DNA from: Nitrospiraceae bacterium
GTDB taxonomy: Bacteria; Nitrospirota; Thermodesulfovibrionia; UBA6902
Direction: 5' to 3'
DNA: 64,000 nucleotides
NCBI GenBank assembly: GCA_020356065.1
Contig: CP070632.1
Span: forward strand, 450,858-514,857
Shown: in pieces, positions 17,689 through 28,145 of the stretch
Layout: each line of letters starts with the position of its first letter
Numbering within the stretch: the stretch's first letter is position 1
Notes under the pieces: model-generated
What the model saw: the letters and a program-made list of their open reading frames with translations, nothing else
What the model was told of the DNA's origin: nothing
The model's database searches: none
Translations under genes and position numbers: made by a program

Positions 17689-19563
17689 ATGTCAGATAAC
17701 GCTGTTAAAAATAAATACAAAAAAGTAGTGCTCCTGGGCATGGATGGGTTGGACCCGAAAATCCTGTCTTCCTTAATGGAGAAGGGAGAATTACCGAATT
17801 TTTCCAGATTACGTGAAAGCGGCAGTTTTTCACCACTGGCAACATGCAATCCCGCACAGAGCCCTGTTGCCTGGGCTTCGATAGCTACCGGTAATAATCC
17901 GGGGTACCACGGCATTTTTGATTTTCTCGGCAGACGGGTTGCAGACTACATGCCTGTGCTGGCCATTACAAAGCCAAATCCCAAAAATGTGTTTGGTAAA
18001 AGAGAAGGCATGTTTTTACCTGTGATGCAGGGAGATTCATTCTGGGACCACACATCAGGGAATGCGGTACCTTCAACTGTACTGAAATGGCCCATGACGT
18101 TCCAGCCGAAACAGAATGAGGCAAAGTTATACGCCGGTCTCGGTGTGCCTGATATCAAGGGAGGGCTGGGTAAATATGCTTTTTATACTTCACGTAATGT
18201 CTCCGCCAGCGAAGAAGGACATGATAAGGTAATCAGAATCAAGCGGGACGGGAATTCGATAAGAACTCATATTTCAGGTCCGAACATAACAAAAGTCATG
18301 TCGCGTGAAAATGCAAAAGTAGATCTTGCAATAACTGTACTTGACAATTCAAAAATAGAAATGGCTGTTGAGGGCAATACATTTGTTTTGCCGTGCGAGG
18401 AATGGAGCCCATGGGTAGAAATGACATTTAAGCTCGGGATGATGAAGACCGTTACCGGAATAGTAAAATTTTTTCTCAACAGCATTGATCCTGAGTTTGA
18501 ACTGTATATGACAGCCGTACAAATAAATCCGAAAGACCCTGCCTTTATTATCACCAGTCCTGATTCCTATATAACAGACCTGTATAACGATCTGGGATAC
18601 TTTTATACACTGGGCATGTCTGAAGATACAAAGGCATTTGAAGAGGGCAGGATTAATGAGGAAACATTTATCAGTATGTGTGATGAGATCGTTGATGAAC
18701 AGGAGCAGATGCTCTGGCATGAACTGGATAAATTAAAGGAAGGCCTCCTTGCCTTTGCTTTCTTTTCTACTGACAGAATTCAGCATATGTTCTGGGCCAC
18801 AAGGGACCCCCGGCATCCTCTTTATGATAAGGAGTATGCAGAAAGGTACGGGCATGTCATAGATGATTATTACCGGAAAATGGATAATATTCTCGGTAAA
18901 CTTCTCGTGAAAACAGACGATGATACCGCATTAATGGTCTTTTCTGATCATGGATTTACCACATTCAGGAGAAGTGTGCATTTAAATTCCTGGCTTGTTC
19001 AGAACGGTTTTATGAAACTGAAAAAGGAAATCCCCAAAGATGATAAGGAAGGGGGAGCGCTTTTTCAGTATGTAGACTGGGGCAGGACAAAGGCCTATGC
19101 TCTGGGTTTTGGCAGTATATATCTTAATCTCAAGGGAAGAGAAAAACAGGGAATTGTAACAAAGGGGAATGAAGCTGAAGAAATCACCAATATAATTATT
19201 TCCTCACTGGTTGAACTAAAGGATCCTGAAAATGGACATTCTGCAGTCAAAAGAGTTTATGGCAGGGATGAGGTGTATTCCGGAAGTCAGACTGAACATT
19301 CTCCTGACATGGTTGTCGGATTTGAAGATGGATACAGATCATCTTGGCAGACAGCCATAGGAGGTGCGCCTTCAGGCCTGATGGAAGATAATCTCAAGAA
19401 GTGGAGTGGTGATCATATAGTTGATCCTTCGCTTGTGCCCGGTATCCTGCTTACAAATTTCAAGCCCGCCAGCACACAGCCCAGCATTACTGATCTTGCC
19501 CCGACGGTTTTGTCTATCTTTAATTTGTCATCATTCGGGATGGAAGGGAAATCGTTACTATGA
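17689..19563 (+). CDS. Alkaline-phosphatase-superfamily protein (type I phosphodiesterase / nucleotide pyrophosphatase-like)
   Basis: Motifs VVLLGMDGLDP and VFSDHGF. I prefer the ATG at 17689 (MSDNAVKNKYKK) to the upstream start at 17623 used by the track. Confidence 0.7.
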   Translation: MSDNAVKNKYKKVVLLGMDGLDPKILSSLMEKGELPNFSRLRESGSFSPLATCNPAQSPVAWASIATGNNPGYHGIFDFLGRRVADYMPVLAITKPNPKNVFGKREGMFLPVMQGDSFWDHTSGNAVPSTVLKWPMTFQPKQNEAKLYAGLGVPDIKGGLGKYAFYTSRNVSASEEGHDKVIRIKRDGNSIRTHISGPNITKVMSRENAKVDLAITVLDNSKIEMAVEGNTFVLPCEEWSPWVEMTFKLGMMKTVTGIVKFFLNSIDPEFELYMTAVQINPKDPAFIITSPDSYITDLYNDLGYFYTLGMSEDTKAFEEGRINEETFISMCDEIVDEQEQMLWHELDKLKEGLLAFAFFSTDRIQHMFWATRDPRHPLYDKEYAERYGHVIDDYYRKMDNILGKLLVKTDDDTALMVFSDHGFTTFRRSVHLNSWLVQNGFMKLKKEIPKDDKEGGALFQYVDWGRTKAYALGFGSIYLNLKGREKQGIVTKGNEAEEITNIIISSLVELKDPENGHSAVKRVYGRDEVYSGSQTEHSPDMVVGFEDGYRSSWQTAIGGAPSGLMEDNLKKWSGDHIVDPSLVPGILLTNFKPASTQPSITDLAPTVLSIFNLSSFGMEGKSLL

Positions 19564-19632
19564 TTATGCCGGTAATCCATGATAAATCCTGATGAAGTCT
19601 TTCCACTGCTAGCAGATGAGGTATCAACTACG

Positions 19633-19711
19633 GTCATTCCCGAGGTCTGTTGATCGGGAATCCATGCTCCGGCAAGTATGGATTCCGGCTTAAAAGACTA
19701 CCGGAATGACA
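19633..19711. repeat. Double-hairpin intergenic repeat, copy B
   Basis: GTCATTCCCGAGGTCTGTTGATCGGGAATCCATG...ATGGATTCCGGCTTAAAAGACTACCGGAATGACA. Confidence 0.85.
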
Positions 19712-19792
19712 AACGTGGCAAGCCACGGGGAATAATACCCCAAGTGGTTCAAATGACCACAAGTCACAGCCTTTTTCAGATTACGATTACAC

Positions 19793-19840
19793 AAAAAAAT
19801 GAAAAACCCGCTGGCATAATTTCCAGTTGGGTTTTTCAGG
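19793..19840. terminator. Bidirectional rho-independent terminator between convergent genes
   Basis: An A7 run, then GAAAAACCCGCTGG-loop-CCAGTTGGGTTTTTC. The outer stem is 9 bp, the inner stem 4 bp, and U-runs are available on both strands. Confidence 0.6.
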
Positions 19841-19873
19841 CTTATCACCGTATTAACTTATAATTATTTAATG

Positions 19874-20083
19874 TTAATGCAATCCGGGTCTGTTACCATT
19901 TCCTTTGCTGTTACATTTTTTATAAATGTGGCATAGCTCAAAATTCCTAATGCAGAGAAATACCGTTCTCTCGATGTCCTGACTGCTCATCTTCAGACAG
20001 TAGCAGTCTTCAAACGGTTCATTCAGATTCGGGCACAGTCGTTTATCCGTAATGATGTCCGGTTTATATGTTTCCATTTGCAT
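19874..20083 (-). CDS. Small Cys-rich hypothetical protein
   Basis: 69 aa with six Cys (CPNLNEPFEDCYC...C...C...C). Sits immediately downstream of a sigma-54 promoter and of the sigma-54 activator gene. No clear RBS and a very short predicted leader. Confidence 0.45.
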   Translation of the reverse strand: MQMETYKPDIITDKRLCPNLNEPFEDCYCLKMSSQDIERTVFLCIRNFELCHIYKKCNSKGNGNRPGLH

Positions 20084-20097
20084 AGCACTATATTAGA

Positions 20098-20113
20098 AGC
20101 AAGAGCTATGCCA
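20098..20113 (-). promoter_or_regulatory. Sigma-54 (-24/-12) promoter
   Basis: The minus strand reads TGGCAT-AGCTC-TTGCT, with GG-N10-GC spacing and the same -24 and -12 hexamers as the promoter at 14363. The predicted TSS is only about 5-10 nt before the ATG at 20083. Confidence 0.55.
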
Positions 20114-20266
20114 GATGAAGGGATATAAAGGAAATTGTTTTTATTGCCTGTAAATCAAGAGGTTAGATAAAATTGAAGAATGAAGATACGTTTAGCAGTG
20201 TTCATGAAGTGATACCTGCACAGAGTCACGGCGTCACATTATTGTGTCATGTCTCAGCTTACGATA

Positions 20267-21970
20267 TTACACTTCACCCTCCACAATATTGAATTCCTTG
20301 ATTTTTCTGTAGATGGAACGACGACTGATACCAAGTATGGAAGCAGCTTTTGTTTTATTCCAGGCAGCCTTTTCCAGAGCCTGAAGAATAATCCGGGGAT
20401 CGTCAATATTGCCATTTCCATGAGGTTCATGCTCATCCGCTTCGAACATCCTGATTTCAGGAGGGACATGATCCATAGTGATTATCGGCTGCTTGCAAAG
20501 TATAAAGGAATGCTCAAGCGAATGCTCCAGTTCCCTCACATTTCCCGGCCATGGATATTCCATGAATCTTTTTTCTACCTCGGTAGAAACAGCGGTAATA
20601 TGCTTGTTGAATTTTTTATTAAATTTCTTAAGAAAGAAAGCTATGAGAAGCGGGATGTCATCCCGGCGTTCCCTTAATGCCGGAAGATCGATCTTCATTA
20701 CATTGAGGCGATAATAAAGGTCTTCCCTGAACTCACCTGATTTAACTTTGTCCGTGAGATTCTGGTTTGATGCGGCAATTACCCTTACATCCACTTTCAT
20801 GGTTGCTGAATCGCCTACTCTTTCAAACTCTCTTTCCTGAAGCACCCGCAACAGTTCAATCTGAATCTTTGGTGATATATCTGCAATTTCATCAAGGAAA
20901 ATGGTCCCTCCGTCAGCCATCTGGAAACGTCCCACTTTGTCCTTGATGGCACCTGTGAACGAACCGCGCACATGACCAAACAGTTCGCTTTCCAGGAGAT
21001 TTTCAGACAGGGCAGAGCAGTTTACTTTAACCAGGGGTTTATTGCAACGGTTTCCTTTATAATGCAACGCCTCGGCGACAAGTTCTTTCCCTGTTCCGCT
21101 TTCTCCGCCAATCAGCACTGTTGTTTCGACATCATTGAGCAGTTCAATCCGGGAATAGACCTCCTGCATTAATGTGCTCTTGCCGATAATATTATGGAAT
21201 CCCTTTCTCTCACCCAGTTCTCTTTCCAGGTCAGTTAAGCGTGTCTCATCCCTGATGACCATAATTGCTCCGGAGAACTTACTATGCCGGTCTAGCAAGG
21301 GTGATGTAGAAATCGAGACAATCTGTCCATTTCGATTATTAAAGTGACATTCCAGGCCGTCTATCTCAATAGATTTTTTTGTTTTAATGGTCTCCGTTAA
21401 CGATTCCATACATTTTTTTCCACATGTAACAGAAACAGAGCTGAATTCTTTCCCGACGGCATCCCGCCCGAGGCCGCAGATACCTTTAGCTGACTCATTC
21501 ACTTCCAGAATATTAAGATCTTTGTCTACAGATATGATCGCATCTTTAACATTTCTGAAAATTGCTTCAAGGTTGGACCTGTACTTTTCTTTTTCATCGA
21601 TTACTCTTTTATATTGCAGGGCAACATCAATTGCATGGAATAATGTGTCCTTCTGTAAAGGTTTTGATATGTAATCAAACGCTCCCAGCCTGATGGCCTC
21701 GGATGCTGTATCAATGTTTGGATAACCGGTAATCATCACAACAGGACATAACAGATTCCTGTCTTTAATCTCTTTCAGAACATCCAGCCCTGTTTTACCC
21801 TTCAGGATTATGTCAGCAAAAATAACGTCAAAATCCGAATCAGATATCAGCTGTAATGCTTCATTAAAATCCTCGGCAACGGCAACTTCGTATCCTTCCT
21901 GTGAAAGAAATTTCTTAAAAGTAAATCTTATGCCCTCTTCATCATCTATTATCAGAATTCTGGCTTTCAT
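20267..21970 (-). CDS. Sigma-54-dependent response regulator (REC-PAS-AAA+-Fis HTH; NtrC family)
   Basis: 567 aa. REC domain (ILIIDDEE...DVIFADI), Walker A GESGTGKE, sigma-54 contact loop GSFTGA (a GAFTGA variant), and a C-terminal HTH (KAASILGISRRSIYRKIKE). Confidence 0.9.
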   Translation of the reverse strand: MKARILIIDDEEGIRFTFKKFLSQEGYEVAVAEDFNEALQLISDSDFDVIFADIILKGKTGLDVLKEIKDRNLLCPVVMITGYPNIDTASEAIRLGAFDYISKPLQKDTLFHAIDVALQYKRVIDEKEKYRSNLEAIFRNVKDAIISVDKDLNILEVNESAKGICGLGRDAVGKEFSSVSVTCGKKCMESLTETIKTKKSIEIDGLECHFNNRNGQIVSISTSPLLDRHSKFSGAIMVIRDETRLTDLERELGERKGFHNIIGKSTLMQEVYSRIELLNDVETTVLIGGESGTGKELVAEALHYKGNRCNKPLVKVNCSALSENLLESELFGHVRGSFTGAIKDKVGRFQMADGGTIFLDEIADISPKIQIELLRVLQEREFERVGDSATMKVDVRVIAASNQNLTDKVKSGEFREDLYYRLNVMKIDLPALRERRDDIPLLIAFFLKKFNKKFNKHITAVSTEVEKRFMEYPWPGNVRELEHSLEHSFILCKQPIITMDHVPPEIRMFEADEHEPHGNGNIDDPRIILQALEKAAWNKTKAASILGISRRSIYRKIKEFNIVEGEV

Positions 21971-23969
21971 CAGTTTTCTCCGTATACACAGGTAATAAAA
22001 CAGTTATGCGGGCAAATTCTCCCTCCTGACTGTTAATGAGGAGCTTGCCTTTATGCTCACTAATGATTCCATGGGTGATACTCAACCCTAAACCTGTACC
22101 CACATTGCTGGGTTTAGTGGAAAAAAAGGGATTGATGACTTTATCAATAATGTTGTCCGGAATTCCCAATCCTCTGTCATAAAAATGGATTCTGACAAAC
22201 GGTTGGTCATTTATTAATATTTCTTCACAGGTTATTTCCAGTGATTTGTCATCATGGGTGCCCGGGAATTTCTTATTAAGCGAATATCGGGAATTGCTTA
22301 TAATATTTAAAAATACCTGCTGCATCTGCTGAGGGTGCACCGATATTTTTATAATTTCTTTGGGGATTTCAACGTGCAAATTGATGCCGTCTTTTCTCAA
22401 TTGAGCTGAGGTAAGTGACATGGTATCTGAAAAAATGTCATAAAGGGACATAACGTTCTTTTCTTCTTTTCTGATTCTGGCAAATGAAAGAAGGCTTCGT
22501 ACAATCGTCGCTATGCGGTCACCGTCTTTTATTATGCGCCGTGCAACGCTGTCATCTTTCCCCTCATCCTGAAACTCATCAATTAATATTTGAGCATAAT
22601 TCATGATGTTATTAACAGGATTGTTAATTTCATGGGCCACACCGGCAGCAAGCTCACCAATTGAAGCAAGGTGTCTGCTTCTGGCAGCACTGGCCTGTAA
22701 ATTAGACTTTTCCGTGATATCTCTTGCAAGTTCAATAACTGTTGTTATCTGCCCTGACTCATCCCGTATCGGGAAAGATATGATATCCCATACCTTGCCA
22801 CTATCCGTAGTTATTTCAGAGGATTCCTCCTGTCCGGTACTGAAACTTCGAAGTGTTGGACAATTCTCACAGGGAGACAGGATGTTGCAGCACAGACCGT
22901 AACAGTATTGTCCTGAAAGATCTGCTGATTCTTGCTGAAATAATAGTGCAGTAGCCTTATTTGCCCACAATATTTTGAGGTCCGGAGAAAGCAGGAGAAG
23001 GTTATACGGAATGCCGTCCAGTAATGTGTTAAACTGCTGCGAAAGATTCCGGTATTTACTTTCACTCTTCTGAAGAGCCACTACTGCAGATTTTCGTTCA
23101 GAAATTTCTTCTTTGAGTTTTGTGTTTGCAGATTGCAGTTCAGCAGTACGCTCATCAACGCGCAGTTCAAGTTCATTCCTGGCATTCCTGATTTCGTCTT
23201 CAGCTTCTTTCCGGCTTGTCACATCTCTGGCAATATGAATCAGGCCGATCAAATTGTTATCCTTATCAAAGCGGGGCATTGATCTGATCTCAACATACAT
23301 ATTTAAATGAGGCTCATGAATTTCAAAGTTTGCGGGCAGCCCGGTTTTAAGGCAGTCACAACTGGGACATCCGCTGGGTGGAGAGTCTGTTCCATGATAG
23401 TATTCAAAACATTTTCTCGACATCCTGGCCTGAAACACCGGAAGGTTGAGTATCTTTTCAGCAGCCTTGTTTGCATAAATGATATTAAATTCCTTATCAT
23501 GAATAGTAACAATATCGGTAATCGCATGAAATGTCTCTTCCCAATCCTGTTTAGATTGTAAAATGAGGTTTTCCATTTCCTTGCGTTTTGTGATTTCATG
23601 AAGCGTATACTGAATCGCCGGCTTTTCCTTGTACGTAAACAAAGATGCTGATACCTCGATATATATGTTTGATCCGTCTCTATTAAACATTTTTACTTCC
23701 AGAGGGGAGATTTTTTCCTTATGATTTAAGATCCTTGCAAAGCCTTCCTGTACTGTTTCCCTGTAATCTTCATGGATAAAATCAGCAAGAGATTTCCCGA
23801 AGAGATCATAGGGAGATGATGCATCCAGAAGAGATGCCCCGGTTAAGTTCATAAAGATAATTTTATTATCGCACTCGGCACCAATTGCAACCGGAGAGAA
23901 TTCAATAAGATCACAATAGTATTCAAAGTTATTGTGAAGCTCTTCTATGGTTCTGGATTTGCTGCTCAT
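21942..23969 (-). CDS. Cytoplasmic multi-PAS sensor histidine kinase
   Basis: 675 aa with no TM segment. Several PAS-like modules and a coiled coil. H-box AAGVAHEINNPVNNI, N-box NIISNSRYS, and G-boxes DRGLGIP and GTGLGLSI. Overlaps the regulator start by 29 nt. Confidence 0.9.
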   Translation of the reverse strand: MSSKSRTIEELHNNFEYYCDLIEFSPVAIGAECDNKIIFMNLTGASLLDASSPYDLFGKSLADFIHEDYRETVQEGFARILNHKEKISPLEVKMFNRDGSNIYIEVSASLFTYKEKPAIQYTLHEITKRKEMENLILQSKQDWEETFHAITDIVTIHDKEFNIIYANKAAEKILNLPVFQARMSRKCFEYYHGTDSPPSGCPSCDCLKTGLPANFEIHEPHLNMYVEIRSMPRFDKDNNLIGLIHIARDVTSRKEAEDEIRNARNELELRVDERTAELQSANTKLKEEISERKSAVVALQKSESKYRNLSQQFNTLLDGIPYNLLLLSPDLKILWANKATALLFQQESADLSGQYCYGLCCNILSPCENCPTLRSFSTGQEESSEITTDSGKVWDIISFPIRDESGQITTVIELARDITEKSNLQASAARSRHLASIGELAAGVAHEINNPVNNIMNYAQILIDEFQDEGKDDSVARRIIKDGDRIATIVRSLLSFARIRKEEKNVMSLYDIFSDTMSLTSAQLRKDGINLHVEIPKEIIKISVHPQQMQQVFLNIISNSRYSLNKKFPGTHDDKSLEITCEEILINDQPFVRIHFYDRGLGIPDNIIDKVINPFFSTKPSNVGTGLGLSITHGIISEHKGKLLINSQEGEFARITVLLPVYTEKTDESQNSDNR

Positions 23970-24162
23970 AATGTATGGAAGGTCATAAGCACTGCTTATC
24001 AGAATATTTTATTATTTTAACTAAAATAGGTTTTTTTAACAATAAAGTCTGCAGGACTTTCCTGTTTTTTTTGGGAACTCTTCACGTTCAAGCCTGATTC
24101 TTAGAAGGATAAACCATGTTGGAGGCTTTCACTACGCTGATTTTAAAAGGAAATAATTTACT

Positions 24163-25518
24163 TCACAGGATATATCTGCTCAGGTCCTCATCCCGTGCAA
24201 TATCACCAAGCCTGTCCAGTACATAAGATGCATCGATCGTTAAGTCCCCTTTCTCCATGTCAGATGCATCAAAGGAGATATCCTCAATAACTTTTTCAAG
24301 GATTGTGTGCAGTCGTCTGGCACCGATATTCTCTGTCTTTTCATTGACTGTGGCCGCTGTTGAAGCAATTTCTTCTATTGCATCATCGGTAAATGTAATT
24401 CTGATACCTTCTGTTTCAATAAGAGCAATATACTGTTTGATCAGGGCGTTTCTCGGCTCCAGTAATATGCGAAGAAATTCTTCTTTTCCAAGGGCATCAA
24501 GCTCTGCCCTGATCGGAAACCTGCCCTGCAGTTCCGGGATGAGGTCTGACGGTTTGGATACACTGAACGCACCTGCCGTAAGAAAAAGAATATGGTCAGT
24601 TCTTACCACACCATGTTTTGTAGAAACAGTTGATCCTTCAACAATCGGCAGCAGGTCTCTCTGCACACCCTCTCTTGAAACATCAGGTCCCTGGCTTGAT
24701 CCCCGTGACGCAATCTTGTCAATCTCATCTATGAATATGATACCGCTCTGCTCGGTCCGTTCAATGGCTTCCTTCACCACTTTATCCATATCAATGAGTT
24801 TACCCGCTTCTTCCTGACTTATTATCCTGAGAGCTTCCGGGACCTTGACCTTCTTTCTCTTGGATTTCTCAGGAAGAAAATTACCAAGCATGTCCTTCAG
24901 ATTAATCTCCAGCTCATCCATCCCCACATTTGATACAATACCAAAAGGCACTGCCTTTTCACGTACCTCAAGATCAACATACCTGTCATCCAGCTTTCCC
25001 TCCCTTAACCGGGATCTCAGTTTTTCTCGGGTGTCTTCATGTCGCTGCTCAGCCTCTGATGGTGTACCTGCATCTTCAGAAGAAGCATCCTTACGGGATC
25101 TTGGAGAAGGCAGTAATAAATTAAGTACTTTTTCCTCGGCTAGGGCATTTGCCTTTTCCTGGACCTTTTCAACCTGTTCTGTCTTGACCATGTTAAGGGC
25201 AAGGTTTGTAAGGTCCCTGATCATGGATTCAACGTCTCTGCCCACATATCCCACTTCGGTAAATTTGGAAGCTTCCACCTTTACAAAAGGCGCCTGGGCC
25301 AGTTTTGCAAGACGTCTCGCTATTTCGGTCTTACCGACACCTGTCGGTCCGATCATTAAAATATTCTTCGGAAGCACTTCTTCTTTCAGTTCATCTGACA
25401 ATAACTGCCTTCTCCAGCGATTGCGCAAGGCAATGGCTACCGCCCTTTTTGCGCTGTGCTGTCCGATTATATACTTGTCAAGCTCTTCTGTAATTCTTTT
25501 TGGTGTAAGATTATCCAT
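24163..25518 (-). CDS. hslU: ATP-dependent protease ATPase subunit HslU
   Basis: Motifs [17 protein letters not shown], Walker [16 protein letters not shown] and [11 protein letters not shown] prefer the ATG at 25518 (MDNLTPK), which overlaps the hslV stop as ATGGATAA, to the track start at 25545. Confidence 0.95.
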   Translation of the reverse strand: MDNLTPKRITEELDKYIIGQHSAKRAVAIALRNRWRRQLLSDELKEEVLPKNILMIGPTGVGKTEIARRLAKLAQAPFVKVEASKFTEVGYVGRDVESMIRDLTNLALNMVKTEQVEKVQEKANALAEEKVLNLLLPSPRSRKDASSEDAGTPSEAEQRHEDTREKLRSRLREGKLDDRYVDLEVREKAVPFGIVSNVGMDELEINLKDMLGNFLPEKSKRKKVKVPEALRIISQEEAGKLIDMDKVVKEAIERTEQSGIIFIDEIDKIASRGSSQGPDVSREGVQRDLLPIVEGSTVSTKHGVVRTDHILFLTAGAFSVSKPSDLIPELQGRFPIRAELDALGKEEFLRILLEPRNALIKQYIALIETEGIRITFTDDAIEEIASTAATVNEKTENIGARRLHTILEKVIEDISFDASDMEKGDLTIDASYVLDRLGDIARDEDLSRYIL

Positions 25519-26044
25519 CCAGCTCCTCAACATGAATTTCCTCATTTGTATAAATACATATTTTAGATGTTATCTTCATGGCTTCTTCAACGATTTCCCT
25601 GGGATTCATCTGCGTATGGTCCAGCAATGCTTTAGCTGCTGACTGTGCATAGGGCCCTCCTGAGCCGATTGCAGCTATGCCGTCTTCAGGCTCTAAAACA
25701 TCACCGGTCCCTGAAATAATAAAGGAATGCTCCCTGTCAGCCACAACGAGCAGTGCTTCAAGCCGTCTCAGTATTTTGTCAGTTCTCCAGTCCTTTGCCA
25801 GCTCCACGGCAGCCCGTGTTATGTTGCCGTTATATGATTCAACCTTTGCTTCAAATTTCTCAAAAAGTGTAAAGGCATCAGCAGTGGCACCGGCAAATCC
25901 CGACAGTATTTTATCGTCATACATCTTGCGGATCTTCTTTGCATTATGCTTCATAACGGTATTGCCAAGAGTGACCTGACCGTCACCGGCGATAGCAACC
26001 TTGCCGTTTTTACGGACACATAGTATGGTAGTTCCTTTAAACAT
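25511..26044 (-). CDS. hslV: ATP-dependent protease subunit HslV
   Basis: 177 aa. N-terminal [25 protein letters not shown] contains the catalytic Thr. Adjacent to hslU. Confidence 0.95.
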   Translation of the reverse strand: MFKGTTILCVRKNGKVAIAGDGQVTLGNTVMKHNAKKIRKMYDDKILSGFAGATADAFTLFEKFEAKVESYNGNITRAAVELAKDWRTDKILRRLEALLVVADREHSFIISGTGDVLEPEDGIAAIGSGGPYAQSAAKALLDHTQMNPREIVEEAMKITSKICIYTNEEIHVEELDG

Positions 26045-26104
26045 TGGCTTTAAATAATTTCTTTCTAAATATTACCCTTACAAGCTCTTGGAACAGTCTT
26101 GATT

Positions 26105-26184
26105 TGTCATTCCCGAGGGCTTAATCGGGAATCCAGTCAAAATACTAACTCCCGAATGCCCGATTACTAACTTCAGGCATGACA
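26105..26184. repeat. Double-hairpin intergenic repeat, copy C (right arm degenerate)
   Basis: TGTCATTCCCGAGGGCTTAATCGGGAATCCAGT...CTCCCGAATGCCCGATTACTAACTTCAGGCATGACA. Confidence 0.8.
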
Positions 26185-26241
26185 AGAAAAAAATCTTATT
26201 TATAAACAGACTCTATAGAGTGCTGTAAAGTTGAATCAAAA

Positions 26242-27126
26242 TTACGATGTCTTCCCTTTCTTTGCCAGAGGATGGGCCTTATCATACACCTCTGTCAAAT
26301 GACTGATATCCACATGTGTATATTTCTGGGTTGTGGACAGGGATGAATGTCCAAGGAGTTCCTGTATAGACCTCAGGTCCGCGCCTTCATGCAGCAGATG
26401 CGTTGCAAACGTATGTCTTAACGTGTGTGGACTGAAATCCCCTTTTAGGTTAATCATCCTGCTGTAAAAAGATAATATACGTCTTACACTTCTCTGTGTC
26501 AACCTTCCGCCCCGGCAGTTAAGAATCAGTGCGGAGGATTTTTTCCTTATTGAAATTCTCTCAGGAAGATATTCCTGAATAGCAGTCATTGCCTTTGATC
26601 CTATGGGGACGATCCTTTCCTTCCTGCCTTTTCCCTTTACCCGTATGACCGATTCCTTTAAATCAAGGTCACCGATATCCAGCGATGTCAACTCAGACAC
26701 TCTCAACCCGGAGGAATACAGAAGTTCCAGAATGGCCTTGTCCCTTGTAGGCCCGAACGTCTCACCCACAGGAGATTCCATTAATGAAAAGACATCATCT
26801 ATCGTAAGAAATTTCGGCAAAGTTTTTGGTACCTTTGGACTGGATACCAGTTTGGCCGGATTTTTTTTAATAAACCCTTCTCTTTGAAGATATTTAAAAA
26901 ATGCCCTCACACTGGCAAGTTTTCTTGAAATCGAAGATTTCTTTAGTTTTTTATGATGAAGTGATGCAAGAAAGCTGCGAACATCCAGATTATCCACGTC
27001 TTTTGGCTTTTTTTCAGTAAACTCGGAGAATTCCTGCAAATCTCTCTCGTATGCCCTCACCGTATGAGATGACACGCCCTGTTCTGTATTCAGATAACCA
27101 ATGAATTTTTCAATATATTTATTCAT
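26242..27126 (-). CDS. xerC: Tyrosine site-specific recombinase XerC/XerD family
   Basis: 294 aa. Catalytic residues lie in ...RVSEL..., HTLRHTFATHLL, LGHSSLSTTQKYTHV. The position upstream of hslVU is the classic xerC context. Confidence 0.85.
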   Translation of the reverse strand: MNKYIEKFIGYLNTEQGVSSHTVRAYERDLQEFSEFTEKKPKDVDNLDVRSFLASLHHKKLKKSSISRKLASVRAFFKYLQREGFIKKNPAKLVSSPKVPKTLPKFLTIDDVFSLMESPVGETFGPTRDKAILELLYSSGLRVSELTSLDIGDLDLKESVIRVKGKGRKERIVPIGSKAMTAIQEYLPERISIRKKSSALILNCRGGRLTQRSVRRILSFYSRMINLKGDFSPHTLRHTFATHLLHEGADLRSIQELLGHSSLSTTQKYTHVDISHLTEVYDKAHPLAKKGKTS

Positions 27127-27437
27127 AAATTCATATTAAATTGTAGATTATTTATTTTGCCTTTATTTTACATTAAAAGCTGCAATAATTATTAACAGAG
27201 CGTCTAAGGAAATTCAATAATAAATCAATAAAACTATTTGCGCATCTATACTTATATTTAATATTTATAAGAGACATTAATAATATTAATTGTACAATAA
27301 GTTTTGATTATTCTATTCTATATATACCGATGTAAGGTTTTTTCGCATATGTAAGTACTATCTTTCTTACGTTAATTGTGAAATCAGTTTAACAAATTGG
27401 AATAAATATAAAATAATATTTTTCTGGAGGCCAAATT

Positions 27438-28145
27438 ATGAAAACGGGTGTTAAGTACATACTGATCGCAGTTTTGGTTTCATTAGTTAGTTTTGTTTCA
27501 TTATCTACCAATGCTTCTGCAGCACTTGATGCACCTTACTTTACTTATACAGGTACATTTAGTTATGACTGGGATACGAAAACGCTTTCGACTTCAATAA
27601 CAACAATAAGTAATATATTTTATAGTGATGGGACAGCTGCTCCCAATTATTCTTTGCCGCCATTTACTGTAGATGATCCTCTTATTGGTGGAACATTTAC
27701 ACTCGGTACCCTTATGAACAGTGCAGAAAACACTTTGGTATTTGGTCCATCACCCGGTGGCAGTACAGGCGATGTCAGTTTCTCTTTGGATTCAGGTGGA
27801 ACCAATTATTTAATCGCGAACCTAAACAATTTTACAGTAACCGATGATGCATTTGGTACCCGGCTTAATCCTAATTATGACATGAATCATGTAGTAGAAA
27901 TATTAACCAATCCAAGCGTTACGAATTCAAAATTTCTTGATGAAGTCAATGGTATGATTAATCCTGCAGGAAATCTTTATATGGATTTCAACTTTTCAGC
28001 AGGGCCATCGGATTTCAGTGGGAGTACCAGTGGTACTATTACGGGAGAGTTTTCAGTTGCAGTCGCTCCCGAGCCTGTTAGTTCAATTCTTTTTATAACC
28101 GGTGGAGCAACTCTGGCGTTTAGACGTTATAGAAGAAAAAAATAG
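27438..28145 (+). CDS. PEP-CTERM-anchored secreted protein
   Basis: 235 aa with signal peptide ...LSTNASA. The C-terminus VAPEPVSSILFITGGATLAFRRYRRKK carries a PEP motif, a TM segment and a basic tail. Confidence 0.8.
   Translation: MKTGVKYILIAVLVSLVSFVSLSTNASAALDAPYFTYTGTFSYDWDTKTLSTSITTISNIFYSDGTAAPNYSLPPFTVDDPLIGGTFTLGTLMNSAENTLVFGPSPGGSTGDVSFSLDSGGTNYLIANLNNFTVTDDAFGTRLNPNYDMNHVVEILTNPSVTNSKFLDEVNGMINPAGNLYMDFNFSAGPSDFSGSTSGTITGEFSVAVAPEPVSSILFITGGATLAFRRYRRKK

Noticed and set aside
19678-19863. 61-aa plus-strand ORF
   Set aside because: It starts inside repeat copy B and runs through the bidirectional terminator hairpin at 19793-19840. A structural-element origin is the better explanation.
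20249-20677. 142-aa plus-strand ORF
   Set aside because: Antisense to the 3' part of the sigma-54 response regulator, including its HTH. No RBS and no recognisable motif.
24845-25642. 265-aa plus-strand ORF (Ser-rich), and the 186-aa ORF at 24257-24817
   Set aside because: Both lie entirely antisense to hslU, whose motifs are unambiguous. The Ser/Leu-rich low-complexity composition is typical of the reverse frame of a Glu/Asp/Lys-rich gene.
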